From Sporopachydermia quercuum (Eukaryota): 64,000 bases of DNA. The stretch spans positions 1,105,791-1,169,790 of the forward strand of contig BCGN01000007.1 of NCBI GenBank assembly GCA_001599295.1, written 5' to 3'. Position numbers and translations under genes: made by a program. Each line of letters starts with the position of its first letter. Position 1 is the stretch's first letter. Below the pieces are notes generated by a model. It was not told the DNA's origin and did no database searches. It saw only the letters and a list, made by a program, of their open reading frames with translations. Positions 10,810-23,698 of the stretch are shown here, one piece after another.

Positions 10810-11982
10810 ATGATGTGCCCATTGCTAAGATCTTCCTCTCATTTGCTTGCTACGAAACCACCGAAAGCCGTTTTAGTAAATCCAACGCTCCCCATAATGA
10901 ACAGGCCATTTAATTTACTATTAACACCAGTGCTATCAACCAGACAATTCCATCAAAATACCTATCTGAGCCAGTATTCCCCTAACAGACTGCTACAGGA
11001 ACGAAAAGCTAACATTGGCAAGCTTGTGATGGAATTAAAGGAGTCAGTACCTAATTTATTACAGGAACATCTACCAAAACATTTACTTCATTCTAATATT
11101 ATTCTGAAAATATGTCCTATTAGTTATCCCCATTTGCCTACCATCAGAGGATACATCAGCTATGTAGCAGCTACCTCATTGATACAACTAGCATTGAGTA
11201 CTCTGGTGCTGAGCCCAAAGGTCAAACTGCATATAAGCTCAATTCAAGTTGATGAAGGCACATTTCCTGAAGGATTTGATGAATTTGGTCCGGATTTCGA
11301 TTACGAGGGAATCCTTGGTAGCTCTATTGGTAAGAATGGGGACAATTTGCATATGTTTGATTGGACCACCAAGGTTTCCATGCACTGGAGAACTTGTGGC
11401 GATGGGTGTGTTCATTTGAGTGAGAACAGCAGTAAAGATGTTCAAGAGACGTCGAAAGAGGATTCCAGCTCATTTGATCAATCGGTTTCATCGTCGGTTA
11501 GGGATTTACAAGGTTTAGCTACTGACACGGGTATGGCGATGAATGGTGATATTGTTGGTTGTGTTGAGACCAGCAGGACAAATGGTGGAAAAAACATAGC
11601 ATTTGCCAGCGGTAATAGGAGTAATAGCAGTAACACTAAAGATCCATCAGCAGGAAAACAAGCAGGGACATCCACTGGAACAACAGCAAGTTTATCGTCA
11701 TCTACTGTTCAAGCAGCAAAACATCAGTCTCAAAATGAATCTCAGCCTCCTTCAAGTGCTCATAACGCCCCTGACGTTCATGACACTACAGATGTAACTA
11801 AAACAGACATTGACGTCGATTGCGATAAGATGATTTCTGGGATTTTCGTGTTTGAGCTTACTCCCCTGTGTGATCAGGTCCTGGTTCATTCTATTGAGAA
11901 TGTAGAGCTGATTGATCAGTCAAGAATGCTTTATAATGAAGAAGATGGCACCCGGATTGGCAGATTCAGANTTACAAGCTAA
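10810..11982 (+). CDS. Uncharacterised protein, probably mitochondrial (loosely DUF2358/C6orf136-like)
   Basis: Long ORF with first ATG at 10810; basic, acid-free N-terminus (STRQFH); two ordered blocks split by a Ser/Thr-rich linker. The family call is tentative. Confidence 0.65.
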   Translation: MMCPLLRSSSHLLATKPPKAVLVNPTLPIMNRPFNLLLTPVLSTRQFHQNTYLSQYSPNRLLQERKANIGKLVMELKESVPNLLQEHLPKHLLHSNIILKICPISYPHLPTIRGYISYVAATSLIQLALSTLVLSPKVKLHISSIQVDEGTFPEGFDEFGPDFDYEGILGSSIGKNGDNLHMFDWTTKVSMHWRTCGDGCVHLSENSSKDVQETSKEDSSSFDQSVSSSVRDLQGLATDTGMAMNGDIVGCVETSRTNGGKNIAFASGNRSNSSNTKDPSAGKQAGTSTGTTASLSSSTVQAAKHQSQNESQPPSSAHNAPDVHDTTDVTKTDIDVDCDKMISGIFVFELTPLCDQVLVHSIENVELIDQSRMLYNEEDGTRIGRFRXTS

Positions 11983-14104
11983 ATAGGAACGGTAAGGAGA
12001 AGCGTTTCAACTAGAGAATGAACTAGAAAAGAATTGGAAATAGCAAGCACACATGATATAGTTCAATTACTTGAGAACTTAATGCCAAACCAGTATACTA
12101 GTGATAATGCTGTCATGTATTGNTTAATTCATTGATTAAGATATCTATTATGTACAGACAATGCTGGAATTAGTTGTTTAGTTACACACAACTGAAAATC
12201 AGCAATGCTTCAGGAATCGGCAGTACACAGCGTTCTGCTCATTATTCATTATTCATTGTTCNTTGTTCTTTGTTCATTGTTCATATTACTGCAGTGACAT
12301 TGCAATCATTTAGGAATGGAATGAAATAANAATCAACGTCTCGATATTTAACAATAATATCGTCACAATGTCAAGGTTATTTGATATCATTACTTCCTGA
12401 ACATTTGACACTTGGTGATCTAATAGCAACAATGGTATCATATTCTTTGTATAAATGCTTAAGACAATCAAGTGAATTGCTAGCTGTTGGGATCTGGAGT
12501 TCAATTTACCTAACAAGTGATTGATTTTTTTGATTTCTATGTTGGACTCAGCAGCATTTACTGTGTTCTGTGTTGATGGNTATCTGGCCTGCTGGTTTTA
12601 CGATTTCATCGTTTTCTTGGATTTATTTTATGGATGTTTACTTTGCTGTTTTATTTAAATNAAAAACTCCTCCTTGCTTCTACTTCCTTCTTTCTCCTCT
12701 TCTTTCCTTTTAACTGTTTGATTTTCAGTTGTTTCTTGTAAATATGTCAATACAATTTGAATAATACTAACAAAGGCTATCGATATCTTTGATTGCTAGA
12801 AAGTTAACCAGAAAAGTCAAGGGATTTGATCAAATACTCAATCTTATTTCCTTTTCAATCACCTTCGGAACGATACAAGAGAGCAAATAATTATGCAAGT
12901 AAATGTTTACTTACTACACGGCACATGGCATTTAGGCCTTACAGAACCTTCCCATGTTGAAGACCTTCAGAATTAGTTTTCATAGTTATTATAGTACAAC
13001 TAGTTATTAAATATTATGTTAAATTAAATATTATGCTATATAAATTGCTTATCCCCTAATAAGACAAATGATACTAGTAATGCAGGTAGTTCTACCTATA
13101 CCATCAACTATTCTTGTTTTTGTAGATAATTCACTATCTTGAGAAATAGTTCCTTGTTGTTCCTCTTAGATATAGTGTAAGGAAAGTCCGGGTTGACCTT
13201 CTGAGTGATCACTATCACCATACCATACCAATGTTGTTTGATGCTGATCGCTTTTCGCTTGTCTGTTTTCTTCTCCATTTCGTTTGCCAAAGTCACTTCT
13301 TACTCTTGGGCATCTAGATTGACCGACAGTGTATTAAGATCGAAAACCTATCATACTATAAAGTACTACTGACAATAACATAACAGGTGGCTTCTGAAAA
13401 TTCTATTGCTTTTCAATAGCCACCAGTTGACAGAAGCTAAAAACTCTGTCAAATGCCTCCGTGCATGCTGAGGGCACTCCTGAGAAGCACTCTTAGTTGT
13501 ATGCACTTATATAGTAGCCAGCTGAAGTGAAGATTTCCTCGTTTTAATTGTTACTCCTCTATTCTACAACCGTTTAAAACTATCAAGTGAAAAAAAAAAA
13601 ATTTAGATTGATGTAGAACAACTAAAAACTATCAAGCAAGTATAAGTTATTGATGAATCAACAACAGAACAAACTTGTAATAGTTGGCGATGAACTAGTA
13701 TGAGATGAGATAAGATGAGACATATGAGAATACTAGTTGTTATCACAGCACTCATGCCATGACGATATAAGACAATAGTAAGTGCAAATAGTTAACAGCG
13801 ATAGAAATAATTAAATCAGAATAAAACAGGAATATGCAACTAAGACAAATTAANAAAGAAAAAAATTGAGGNATGAATAAATAGGAATAACAGGAAAGGA
13901 AGAATTAATCAAAACTAACACCAAATACCTAATTCAAAATCATTAAAACCCTTATCAAAATACTAATCCCGGCTCCGACTGTTAAACCATAAAAATAAAT
14001 GATATAAATGAAGATAAAATAAAGGTACAAATAACCATAAATATGAAAGTGAATAGAAAATTATTTATCATAACGTAACTGATCATTAAGTTGTTTTCTG
14101 TTAA

Positions 14105-15655
14105 CTAATTAACAGGGATTGAAATATTCAACTCTTCGTCATCGAAATCGTCCCAGTTGAACTTTTCTTGATAAGAAGTGAAATCAAAGAACTCTTCATT
14201 CTTAATTGGTTTCTCATGAATGTTAAGAGACATCACCATGTTAGAAATATCATGATCAACATAATTTGCGAGCCTTTCATTACCTAATACTGAAAGATTG
14301 ATTTCGGATCTCTTAGGAATGGCAATTGGCTTCAAATCTGTTGTTGATTTAGTACTAATAATCTTGCTAGTATGAGCGTTGGATTCGGTTCCTCGTCTCT
14401 CCTTCTTTAATCCAGTTTCGGAACCAATGCGTGGTAAGGCGTTGATTGGATTGGTGTTGAAACTGACCCTTGAGTCAGCAACCTCGCCATAAGAAGAGTA
14501 AGTGTTATTGGAAGCACCAGATAACCCACCAGCAGACAATAAAGAAGGCACCGAAGAAACATTGGTGCTAGACACATAATGGTGCCCATTTTCCAAATCA
14601 CCAAGCAAATTGGCTTGTTTGTAATCTCTATCATCCATAACAAACATTTCATCTTCTTTATCATCAACAACGTCAGATACAGCGGTAAAGTTACCATCAT
14701 CACTGTAACAATCATAATCAGCAACAGCATCATCAATGGTGAAGGTCTCCAACTTGTCTAAACATTCAACCATTCTTTCAAGTGATCTCTGTTCCGGATC
14801 AATAACTAAACCACATCTAACAACATTTAAGCAGTCAGCTGTCATTGATGGGTAAATATCGTACAAAATTTCGTAGTTAGCTTCATAATGTTGGAACATC
14901 TTTTCTTCTTCTTCGTTAGCCCCATGAACAAACGGGCATTTTCCAAAAANAATGTATAAAATAGTCACAGCAACTGACCAGATGTCCAATTTCGAGCTGT
15001 CATATCCACCCAAAACTTCACGATTAAATGATTCCTGAAATGAGCCTCTTAAATTGTTTTCTTTAAACATCTCAGGGGCCATGTACTTACTGGTACCGAC
15101 TTCAAGATCACCAGATACTCTATTGGTAGTGGCAAGACCCCAATCGCATAACTTCAATGATCCATCATCAGTAATCAAAATGTTCTCTGGTTTGATATCA
15201 CGATGATAAATACCTTTAGAGTGGGCATATTGGACAGTAGAGATCAATTGCTTAATGAAACTAACTGCATCATCGGTGGTTTCAATCAAACCTTCAAGTC
15301 CATTAGTCTTCAAGTACTCATACAAGTCACCAGTCGACTCGTACTCTAAAACAATATATTGGTTCAATTTAGTATCAAAATGGTCCAGCATTGTAACGAT
15401 GCCGGGGTGATCACCAAGAATCTTATGAATTTCAATTTCATGATTAGCTCCAAATTGGTAGGTCTCAATTGATGACTTAATTTGGCATTTAATAGCAACA
15501 AATTTATCATCAATAACTCTTTTAGCCAAAGTAACATCTCCAAACGACCCAGTGTTGAGGTTGGAAATATACTGGTACTTAGAATTCAGTAATAATCCAT
15601 GGTTCAAATACTGAGAGTACGTGAGATCGTCAGTGGTGCAAGCTTCTACTGACAT
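14105..15655 (-). CDS. Ser/Thr protein kinase, Ran1/Ksp1/Fmp48-like, 516 aa
   Basis: GSFGDV, VAIK, HRDIKPEN, DWGLA, YMAPE and DIWS kinase motifs; N-terminus resembles Ksp1. Confidence 0.9.
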   Translation of the reverse strand: MSVEACTTDDLTYSQYLNHGLLLNSKYQYISNLNTGSFGDVTLAKRVIDDKFVAIKCQIKSSIETYQFGANHEIEIHKILGDHPGIVTMLDHFDTKLNQYIVLEYESTGDLYEYLKTNGLEGLIETTDDAVSFIKQLISTVQYAHSKGIYHRDIKPENILITDDGSLKLCDWGLATTNRVSGDLEVGTSKYMAPEMFKENNLRGSFQESFNREVLGGYDSSKLDIWSVAVTILYIXFGKCPFVHGANEEEEKMFQHYEANYEILYDIYPSMTADCLNVVRCGLVIDPEQRSLERMVECLDKLETFTIDDAVADYDCYSDDGNFTAVSDVVDDKEDEMFVMDDRDYKQANLLGDLENGHHYVSSTNVSSVPSLLSAGGLSGASNNTYSSYGEVADSRVSFNTNPINALPRIGSETGLKKERRGTESNAHTSKIISTKSTTDLKPIAIPKRSEINLSVLGNERLANYVDHDISNMVMSLNIHEKPIKNEEFFDFTSYQEKFNWDDFDDEELNISIPVN

Positions 15656-18600
15656 TCTTTATTATTTCGTTTCTTTATTTATCAATTGATTTCTGAGGGA
15701 CTAAATTTGAAACTCAAACAAAAGATACTCAATACCAATCAAAAACACACACTTAGTTCTTCAGTGTTCCAAACCTGCTATAAAAACAAGCGATGTCTTT
15801 GAAGCAATAATTATCTTCTTCAAACTAAAAGGCAGTTTTGATGTGTATTGTAATGTTTTCAGATTAGAACTGGTTGTTATGTTAACTCATTTAATGTGTC
15901 GCGGTTTTACTTGTATTGGGTGTTGTTCCTCTGTTCCGTTTTTCTTTTGCTTCTTTGAAAATATTTCAATTTGATTTCCAAGCGCTTCGTGTCTTCTTAA
16001 TATATTCTAAAATAGTATGATCTTGTAAGAATTACTGAACTGCTTTCAATCTTTGATATTCTTCGCTTTGTTTGCTTATCGCTTCAACAAGTTGCTATAG
16101 GTTTATAAGTGAGTGTGATGTTTCTGACAACATAATCCAAATAGTGGTGAATAAAAATCTAAACTTGATATTATAGTCTCTTAGACATTAGTTTACTGTT
16201 ATAATTGTTTAATATTAGTTATTAATAACAATGTATAATAATATAGCATGAGCGAAAAAGCCATTATATCTGTATCGATAAGGATAAGAAGCAGGAAGTG
16301 AGAAACTGAGTGTTTCGGTAGTGTATATAAAGGATCTGTGGTTTTGGGTGGTTCTGGGATTTGATTTCAAAATCTCCATGTGAATTTGCCATTGATTTTA
16401 GCCTTTGTCCGGATAATAAGGTTAAGAATTCGACACTGGTTCCCACTACTGGAAGTTAATGAGGATATGCCTTACAAGGAAGGAGCAAAATAGACTTACA
16501 TGTGCATTTCTAACAGGAATGACTAATTCTGGGACTAAACCATATATGCACAATTAGCGGTTAAGTTTGGTGACTGATCAAAGAGCTGGCAGAAGGAAGA
16601 CTTTTTGGTTGTGGAGTGAAGGCAATAGAAACGACCCTAATGTGTTAAGTTTGGTTATTTTAGTGAAGAATCTTGAAATATAGAATGAGAAATTTTTCAG
16701 CTTTCAAGNTAAATGACTGAGTTCAAATCTTATGCGCTGTATAGTATTAAACAGTTCGAGTTAGTTCTGACAATAGAGAGACTTCACCTTGTCTAATTGA
16801 CTCAAATTGGGAGGTAGTACAAGAGACTCAAGTAATTTAGCGTGATTTGTTACAAGAACTAAGGTTAAGATCAGAGATTAAGGCAGACCTGAGCTTCTTA
16901 GTCCAATCTTAGTCGAATGTCCCCCCACTCCCGGACAGGTTCTTTCATTTGTGGTAGCCATAACATAATTCACGTGAAATGTCTTGCTGTTGGTTGGCCA
17001 TCTTTCGAATCGTTTAATAGACCAAGTAGTTCGAGATAGTTATCTACTGATAAATACTATTTGACATTTCTTACTCGATCAAACCTTGTAAGACATTAGC
17101 TCTTGAATCGCAATTTCAATATGCTATTGTGGTTTTCGGTATCAGAGTTATTGCATACAATTCCCCATTTCAGTCTCATCGTTATCTAGGACCCAATTGC
17201 CAATTGTCCATGTTACATACCACAACAAATTACTAAAACGGACTTCAAACTGGACAGCTGTACGATTTTGGAAACCCCAAATTTTAGTCCACAAGAACGC
17301 TGCATTCCCAAACCTGGTTCATTCTGGAGATAAAGTTCCATTTTAGATGGTGTTATTTTCGTTCTGAGCAACGAAAATTACCACTCAATATGTCATTGGG
17401 ATCATCAAATTTATGACTGATTTCTTATCAAAAACTAAGATGCGTTGCGCTATTTTGAGAAATCTTTTCTTTGATAAAAGAGAAGTGAGCCCGGAGAATA
17501 TTAATTATGTGGCAATATCACTTACATTAATCCCTCACCGTTATCTCGGTATTTGACCACGCATTTATTTATTTATACAAACTCTTCAGACCATTATTAT
17601 AAAANTCATGCACACTTCATGCATGATCCGTTATTCCTGCGTCATAGGCCATAGCTTCAATCAATAATAAATCACCCCCCTCTTTGTCCACAAACACACT
17701 ACTCATCATCATATCTCTGTCCAGTATCTCTTTTTGGAATGTCCGTTATTCTAGAACTTTCTCTCTTAGACTGGCAAATTGCTTGGTCAAATGACCCCAT
17801 TACCCATCTGCAAAAATACCTGATTGGGTTGCGATAACAAGTCCTGTTGCAAAATTTATTTCATAACGAAAAATGGCGTTTGTTAACAACGGAGAAGGAA
17901 GCAACTAGGATGGCAAATTTTACTGTCATAATTGACTTCAAGTATGGTAAAGAATTTTCAGGAAATGGGTTGAATAAGGATGGAAAATCGTAATGGCAAA
18001 AAAGGAATAAACTAGTGGGGTGAGAAATCCAACAACTCTATACGACAGGACTACAGGTGCCTAGAATAAGTTACCCTCATTGAGAATATGGTTAGGAGGT
18101 AAGGAGATAAAATTTTGTTTATTACGAATCACACGACCATTCAGATCTTTCTTGTAGATTTCACACGCCGCAGCCATAAAGCACTCTTATGAACTGGTTC
18201 TTAATACTTAACAACCGTTAGTGTTACTTTCTGGTAATACAACTCACTAAACCAAATAGGGGTTGGGTTAGTAATTAATGTCTACCTGAGAATAATGTAA
18301 TAAAGTGTGAATTTAAGTGATTCTCCTGAAACTTTGCATTCTTTCTGCTTGACTCTTTCAGTTCAGATTCCAGTTTGCTCCTAATAACCAATCAGCCAGA
18401 TGGCAACCTTTCTATCACCAAAGCGCGTAGTTTGTTTTTACGTAATTCTTTTGAAGTTNCAATCAGTAATCTGCTCGGGTTTAGTACCTTAAGATTGGCA
18501 TCAATATCTCAATATTTCATANTTCCTGTAAAGTATTTTCATCATACAGATATATTTTTAGAAACTGCTCCGTGGCTATCACATCACAAATCTTCTAACA

Positions 18601-18806
18601 TTTACCCCATAATTCGTGAAAACCTTAATTTCCAGCCATTGAGATGTGATGTCTATTCCCGGAAAATGCTAGATTNCTATGAAAGGTGGGGAAACGAAGA
18701 TAAAGGTTATAATCAGAATATGACAGAGGGGCAAAGTGAAAATAGTAACGTTGAACACTGACACCGTCAGAAGAAATGTAAGTGAGAGTAGTATTATCAC
18801 AATTTT

Positions 18807-20236
18807 TCAGTTGTCATATTCTATTTTGGTATCATTCAAATGTCCGGTCAATATGGTCTTCGCTGGAGCCAACGAAGATATCTTTCTCAATATGTATTGG
18901 GCAGTGCTGTAACCCAAATCTTTATTCCCTACAACATTCATTTCAGCCTTAACTCCCATGAAAAGAATACGTTGCAATTGTTTGCTAGAATGTTCTTGTG
19001 AGTATCAAATAGGGCTNATGCATAAAAACTCGTATGTAAACTGCGATTTGGGTATTGCAACTAACTGTGCATTAAAGATTGTTGGTATGAACATACATTT
19101 CGATACTCGCGAGAGGTTTGATAGGTTGTTTCCTCAACATAGACATTGACAAACGAATATCAGCTTCTTTGACATATACCCACCCTCTTTTGAAGTCTGT
19201 AAGCTGTAAGCCAAGGTAGTTTATTGCAAGTGCATTATTTTGTCTGTAAACATTGAGGATTGATATACCATGAGGGTCACAGTCAACAATACATTGAATT
19301 GGTATTTGAGGGTATGATGCCTGAAATAGAATCAGGAATTGTCTTGTTAACCTNTCAGGAAACCCTTTGCCCTAGTGATACATATTAGCGATTCAACCAC
19401 CTTCAAGTACTTTGAACCAATTCCGTCGTATCAAAGCAAAATTTGAGTAGGTTGATTCTTACTGTTACCACAATCAATTTTTTATTCACAAGTCGACACA
19501 ATTCTCTAAAACAAGCTTCTTTCTCTATAACCAAGACGCATTCTATGGCATCTACTAGTTCTATTGAGCGAGCCTGATGTAGTAAAGGGATCAAAACACC
19601 AGAACAATCGGGATCTCTGGAGATACTTAGGTTTTCATGGTGCAAATAATGAATTTTCAAGTCGCCATATACTAGTCCTTTCTGAGCTGGTATTACTGAA
19701 AGATCAGTTACTGATACTCCAAGACGTTTTGAGAACAANTCGACTATGTTATCGACGGTCTTCTGAGTTTTGAATAATCCTACGTCTCGATAGTAGAGAT
19801 CTCTCTTTGAAGAGTGTGTTCCCAGTACCAGGTTAGCATGAATCATTTGGAGCAGTTTGATTGACATTGCTATCAATGTCTGTTAGTATGTGAAACAAGT
19901 GGACATTGCAGGTTGTCGCNTTGTGAATCAATAAAGATCAAGGTAAAAGTGGCACAGACCAAATTTCCAGGGTGATTCTAGTAAGCTAATTGAGGATGCA
20001 TCATTATTCTTTTTCAATTTTTTGATACTTGGTGACTTATCTACATCGCCATTATTATTGCAGCAAGGAGTAAGGTTGATTGATATATCACCGTTACTAT
20101 TCTGCAGTCCTAGTGACAGTGAACGAATTTGTTTCATTACATCCCAGAGAATATTCTCAATAGTTTCACGACAATTTCTTCCGGTTTCTAGGGAGTGCAC
20201 TACCGTGCATATTTCAGACTTTAGTGAAGAGCTCAT
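18807..20236 (-). CDS. SPO11: Meiotic recombination transesterase Spo11, 4 exons (20236-19960, 19869-19463, 19371-19097, 18984-18807), about 378 aa
   Basis: KRDLYYRD catalytic-Tyr motif, VIEKEACF, T|GKGFP, VDCDPHG and LQRILFMGVKAEMN. Three GT-AG introns restore the frame (1137 nt). Start codon uncertain. Confidence 0.92.
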
Positions 20237-22222
20237 TACTCTAATGCTCTTGATTATTAACATACAACGTCCTAGATGTACAACTTGGACCTGGCAATTA
20301 CCGTTTGGTTCTTTCCANACGACCAACTACAACCATTGGTAAAAGGACTCATCCAAACATAAACTTGTAAGCTTTTGATCCAATGAATCCACTGAGGCAA
20401 GTTAATGTTGAAATTTTTCAAAGAAGGAGCCATCATGTAAATCAGTTTGCTCATATCACTTTTATTTTATTGTATGTGTTTTCTTACCGATTGTACCATA
20501 TGATCTATAAAGTGCACAAATTTGAACTGATAAGAGAATTTATCCATTAGGTAATCAATGATAATATGCTCTTATAAGCTTACATAATCTAGAAGTGATT
20601 ACTAGTAGTGTATGTACTTCTATGGCTTACCAAGGACAAAGAGTTATCAGTTGGCTCTATCATAGGATCTCTCGTCTTCAATCATATTTTTTGAGTAGTT
20701 TATATCACATATATTAATACAGAGTAATGTATTAGACTGAATAGAATCACTCACTCNGAAATTGGCAAGAAAACGGAACGGTTTATGCAATCATCTTGTC
20801 TGAATGTTTATCGAAGCAACTATATAAGATATGTTCCGACAGTCATTGAGTTCATCCAAATTCTCAATCCAACCCCAACTACTTATTACCGTATTATTTC
20901 GTTCATTCAGAGTATATAAGAGCAATCTAATAAACCAAACAATAATAACAAAATATTGGTATCATAGGTAAAACATACTTTTTTAATAAGTCCTTTACCC
21001 CGTATATAAACTCTATCCCCAGCTTATCTCAGCCGCTACTCTACCAGGAAAGAGTCACTCGTACCTGAAAAAATTATGGCCTGATGAGAAGAGTGACAAT
21101 TTTTGATGAGCGTAGTAATATCACTAGGAATCAAAGATTATAAAGACTAAATGCAAAATAGGAAATATCGTATTTGGCAATAGATCAGTAGGAATTTATC
21201 GCTTAATAGACTTGCGGTAGAAGTTATTGGGAACAAGTAGAAGCCGTCTTTTCGTTCTTTCCAAGTACTTGTCATTTCGCAAATCTCTTTTTATGTTATA
21301 GACGTGATACATACGACATACATTTCTACAGTCAAGACTCTATCCTNCACCTGTTTGTCTAATCATTCAACAGCTAATAATTAAATAATCAAGAAAAACT
21401 ACTCTGAATCCTGTTATTNGGTGGCTTTTGATTTGAAAATAGCCCTCCAGTTAAGATACTAGTCTATTCTCACTCGGTAAGTAAAGACTCTCTTGTTGTC
21501 TACCATGGAATCACCAATATGAGCCATTCTTTCAGAATGACTAGACAATTTTTTCTTCAGCTAATGCTTTGCTAAGCATCAATATGTTATCCCCAGAAAG
21601 ATTCATTATAGCTTTTTCGTCTTCATCTTACCCCACAGATTCTCTGGACGCATCATATGGTTCTAAATCTTTCCGGTTTTATCAGCAAACAGTGAAGTCG
21701 ATCACTCTTGAACATAACACCATTTCTCTTAAGAGCAACCATTAATCAGAAAAGATATATTCTCCATCGGCATTAACTGCCAACTGCAAAATGTCACCAA
21801 TCAGCATGCTCTCTCTGTCTTTCTCTATCACAATTGTTCACTATATTCACAATCAGCAAGCCTTACCACCTTTATTGTTTTATTATTTGTGTTNACCATC
21901 CCATTTTTCTCATTCCTATTATTTCCGAAGCTTATTTTCGGATTTAGACATTGTGTTCCCACCAGTGAGTGACTGAGTTATTGTGTATATGTTCACGTCA
22001 TCAAAAACATTNTTGGCACTCGGTACATCTCGGAGCTGATATAAGGCTGATAGACATACTTAATGAGCCTATGAGACATCTACTGAATGTGTAAGCATTC
22101 CAAATGAGATATGTCTGGGTTCTATCAATTGTTATTTGTTTGATGGTAGCTGACAATTGGTTTTATCTTGAATGGTTGACTAACAGCTGATTTTAGTATA
22201 AAACCTTGCCAAAGAAAGAAGA

Positions 22223-23698
22223 ATGCTAGGCAGATTCCGAACAGTACCAGTAAAGCAATTGAGCTTGAGGCAACTCGATAAAGTGGGGCAAGCAAGGCGA
22301 TGCATTGCTGGAAACCATGTTGGTCTCAGATACTATTCAGATGCTAACCAATGTCCTCAAATTGAGCTTTTGAACTATTCTGATCATTCTATTGAGGTTC
22401 AATTGAAAGATCCTAAAGATAATCTTCTAGCTTCCCAAGGAGTTAATGTTAAATTCAGAAACTTCTTTTTGAGAGATGCATCCNTAGATAAGGATTCCGT
22501 TGATCCAAGCTCTGGTCAGAAATACTTCTCTTCGGCTCAAATCCCTTTGAATGTTAGGCCTTGCTCTGTGCAAGTGATCTCTGGTGAAGGAAATGAAGCT
22601 GATAGTTTAGAGGTTTTGTGGGCACCTAACGAATTTGATAAGAAAGTGAAAAAATCGGTTTATCCATTCTCATTTCTAAAGGCGTACTCAAGCTTAAGGA
22701 ACAGAAGGTCTCTGCGATATCTAGAGAAGCCTGTGATCAAATGGGATAAAAAATTGATTGAAAACACAGTTGCTAGAATCTCATACAATGACTATATGAC
22801 TGATAGCGCTGCACTGTTGGAAGCTTTACAATCTCTTCACTACTATGGTCTTGCATTTATCACCGATATGCCTGTACAGGCTCTCAATAGTGATGCATCC
22901 GAATTAGAATCTCCAATTCTAGTTGAATCACTAGCTAAAAGAGTAGGTAATGTTAAAGAAACATTCTATGGTGTTTCATGGGATGTGAGATCTGTCCCTA
23001 ACGCGAAAAATATTGCTTATACCTCAGTATACTTACCNCTTCANATGGACTTACTCTATTATGAATCACCACCAGGATTGCAATTTTTGCATTGTGTGAA
23101 GAATGAAGCTACTGGTGGAGAATCAGTATGGGCTGATTCTTTTAATGCTGTTAGTAAGATCTCTGATGAAGATCCTGAAGCATATAAAGCTCTATGTGCT
23201 GTCCCAATCACGTACCACTACGATAATGATGGACAGCACTACTATCAGTCTCGCCCTTTGATCGTTGAAGATATATATGGCACTAGGGACGCTAAAGGAA
23301 GACTACCAATCAAAGTAGTGAACTATTCTCCACCATTCCAAGGGCCATTTGACTTTGCTGTTACTACACCTAACTATCGAATTGAATCTGAAAAGACATC
23401 ACCAGGTTTAACCACTGTCTCTGAACACGATAGTCTTCCTAGTGAAGAAAAGTTCAATGCTTTTCATCGTGGTTTAAGGCGATTTGAAGAATTGATCAAT
23501 GATGAAAGCAATCAATTAAAGGCATCATTAGAAGACAACACATGTGTTATTTTCATGAACCGTAGAACTTTGCATTGTAGAAAAGAGTTTGATGCTGATA
23601 GTGGCGTTAGATGGTTAAGAGGTACCTACAGTGACATTGATACTTTTTATTCCAAGTTGAGGGTTTTGGAGAAGAAGTATCAACGGTTGCGTACGTGA
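22223..23698 (+). CDS. AIM17: Mitochondrial Fe(II)/2-oxoglutarate dioxygenase, TauD/gamma-butyrobetaine hydroxylase family (Aim17-like), 491 aa
   Basis: FLRDA, ETFYG.SWDV, NIAYT, L(P)L(H)MDLLYYESPPGLQFLH, NRRTLHCR and RWLRG motifs; presequence-like N-terminus; adjacent to SPO11 as in S. cerevisiae. Confidence 0.82.
   Translation: MLGRFRTVPVKQLSLRQLDKVGQARRCIAGNHVGLRYYSDANQCPQIELLNYSDHSIEVQLKDPKDNLLASQGVNVKFRNFFLRDASXDKDSVDPSSGQKYFSSAQIPLNVRPCSVQVISGEGNEADSLEVLWAPNEFDKKVKKSVYPFSFLKAYSSLRNRRSLRYLEKPVIKWDKKLIENTVARISYNDYMTDSAALLEALQSLHYYGLAFITDMPVQALNSDASELESPILVESLAKRVGNVKETFYGVSWDVRSVPNAKNIAYTSVYLXLXMDLLYYESPPGLQFLHCVKNEATGGESVWADSFNAVSKISDEDPEAYKALCAVPITYHYDNDGQHYYQSRPLIVEDIYGTRDAKGRLPIKVVNYSPPFQGPFDFAVTTPNYRIESEKTSPGLTTVSEHDSLPSEEKFNAFHRGLRRFEELINDESNQLKASLEDNTCVIFMNRRTLHCRKEFDADSGVRWLRGTYSDIDTFYSKLRVLEKKYQRLRT

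Noticed and set aside
15700..18800. Hidden gene or RNA gene in the 3-kb spacer (ORF 18375-18761)
   Set aside because: Non-ATG start, no recognisable domain and no tRNA-like structure; probably the long regulatory region of the kinase.
20511..21040. URS1 and MSE meiotic elements upstream of SPO11
   Set aside because: TCAGCCGCTA lacks the GGCGGC core, and a single CACAAAT is expected by chance in AT-rich DNA.
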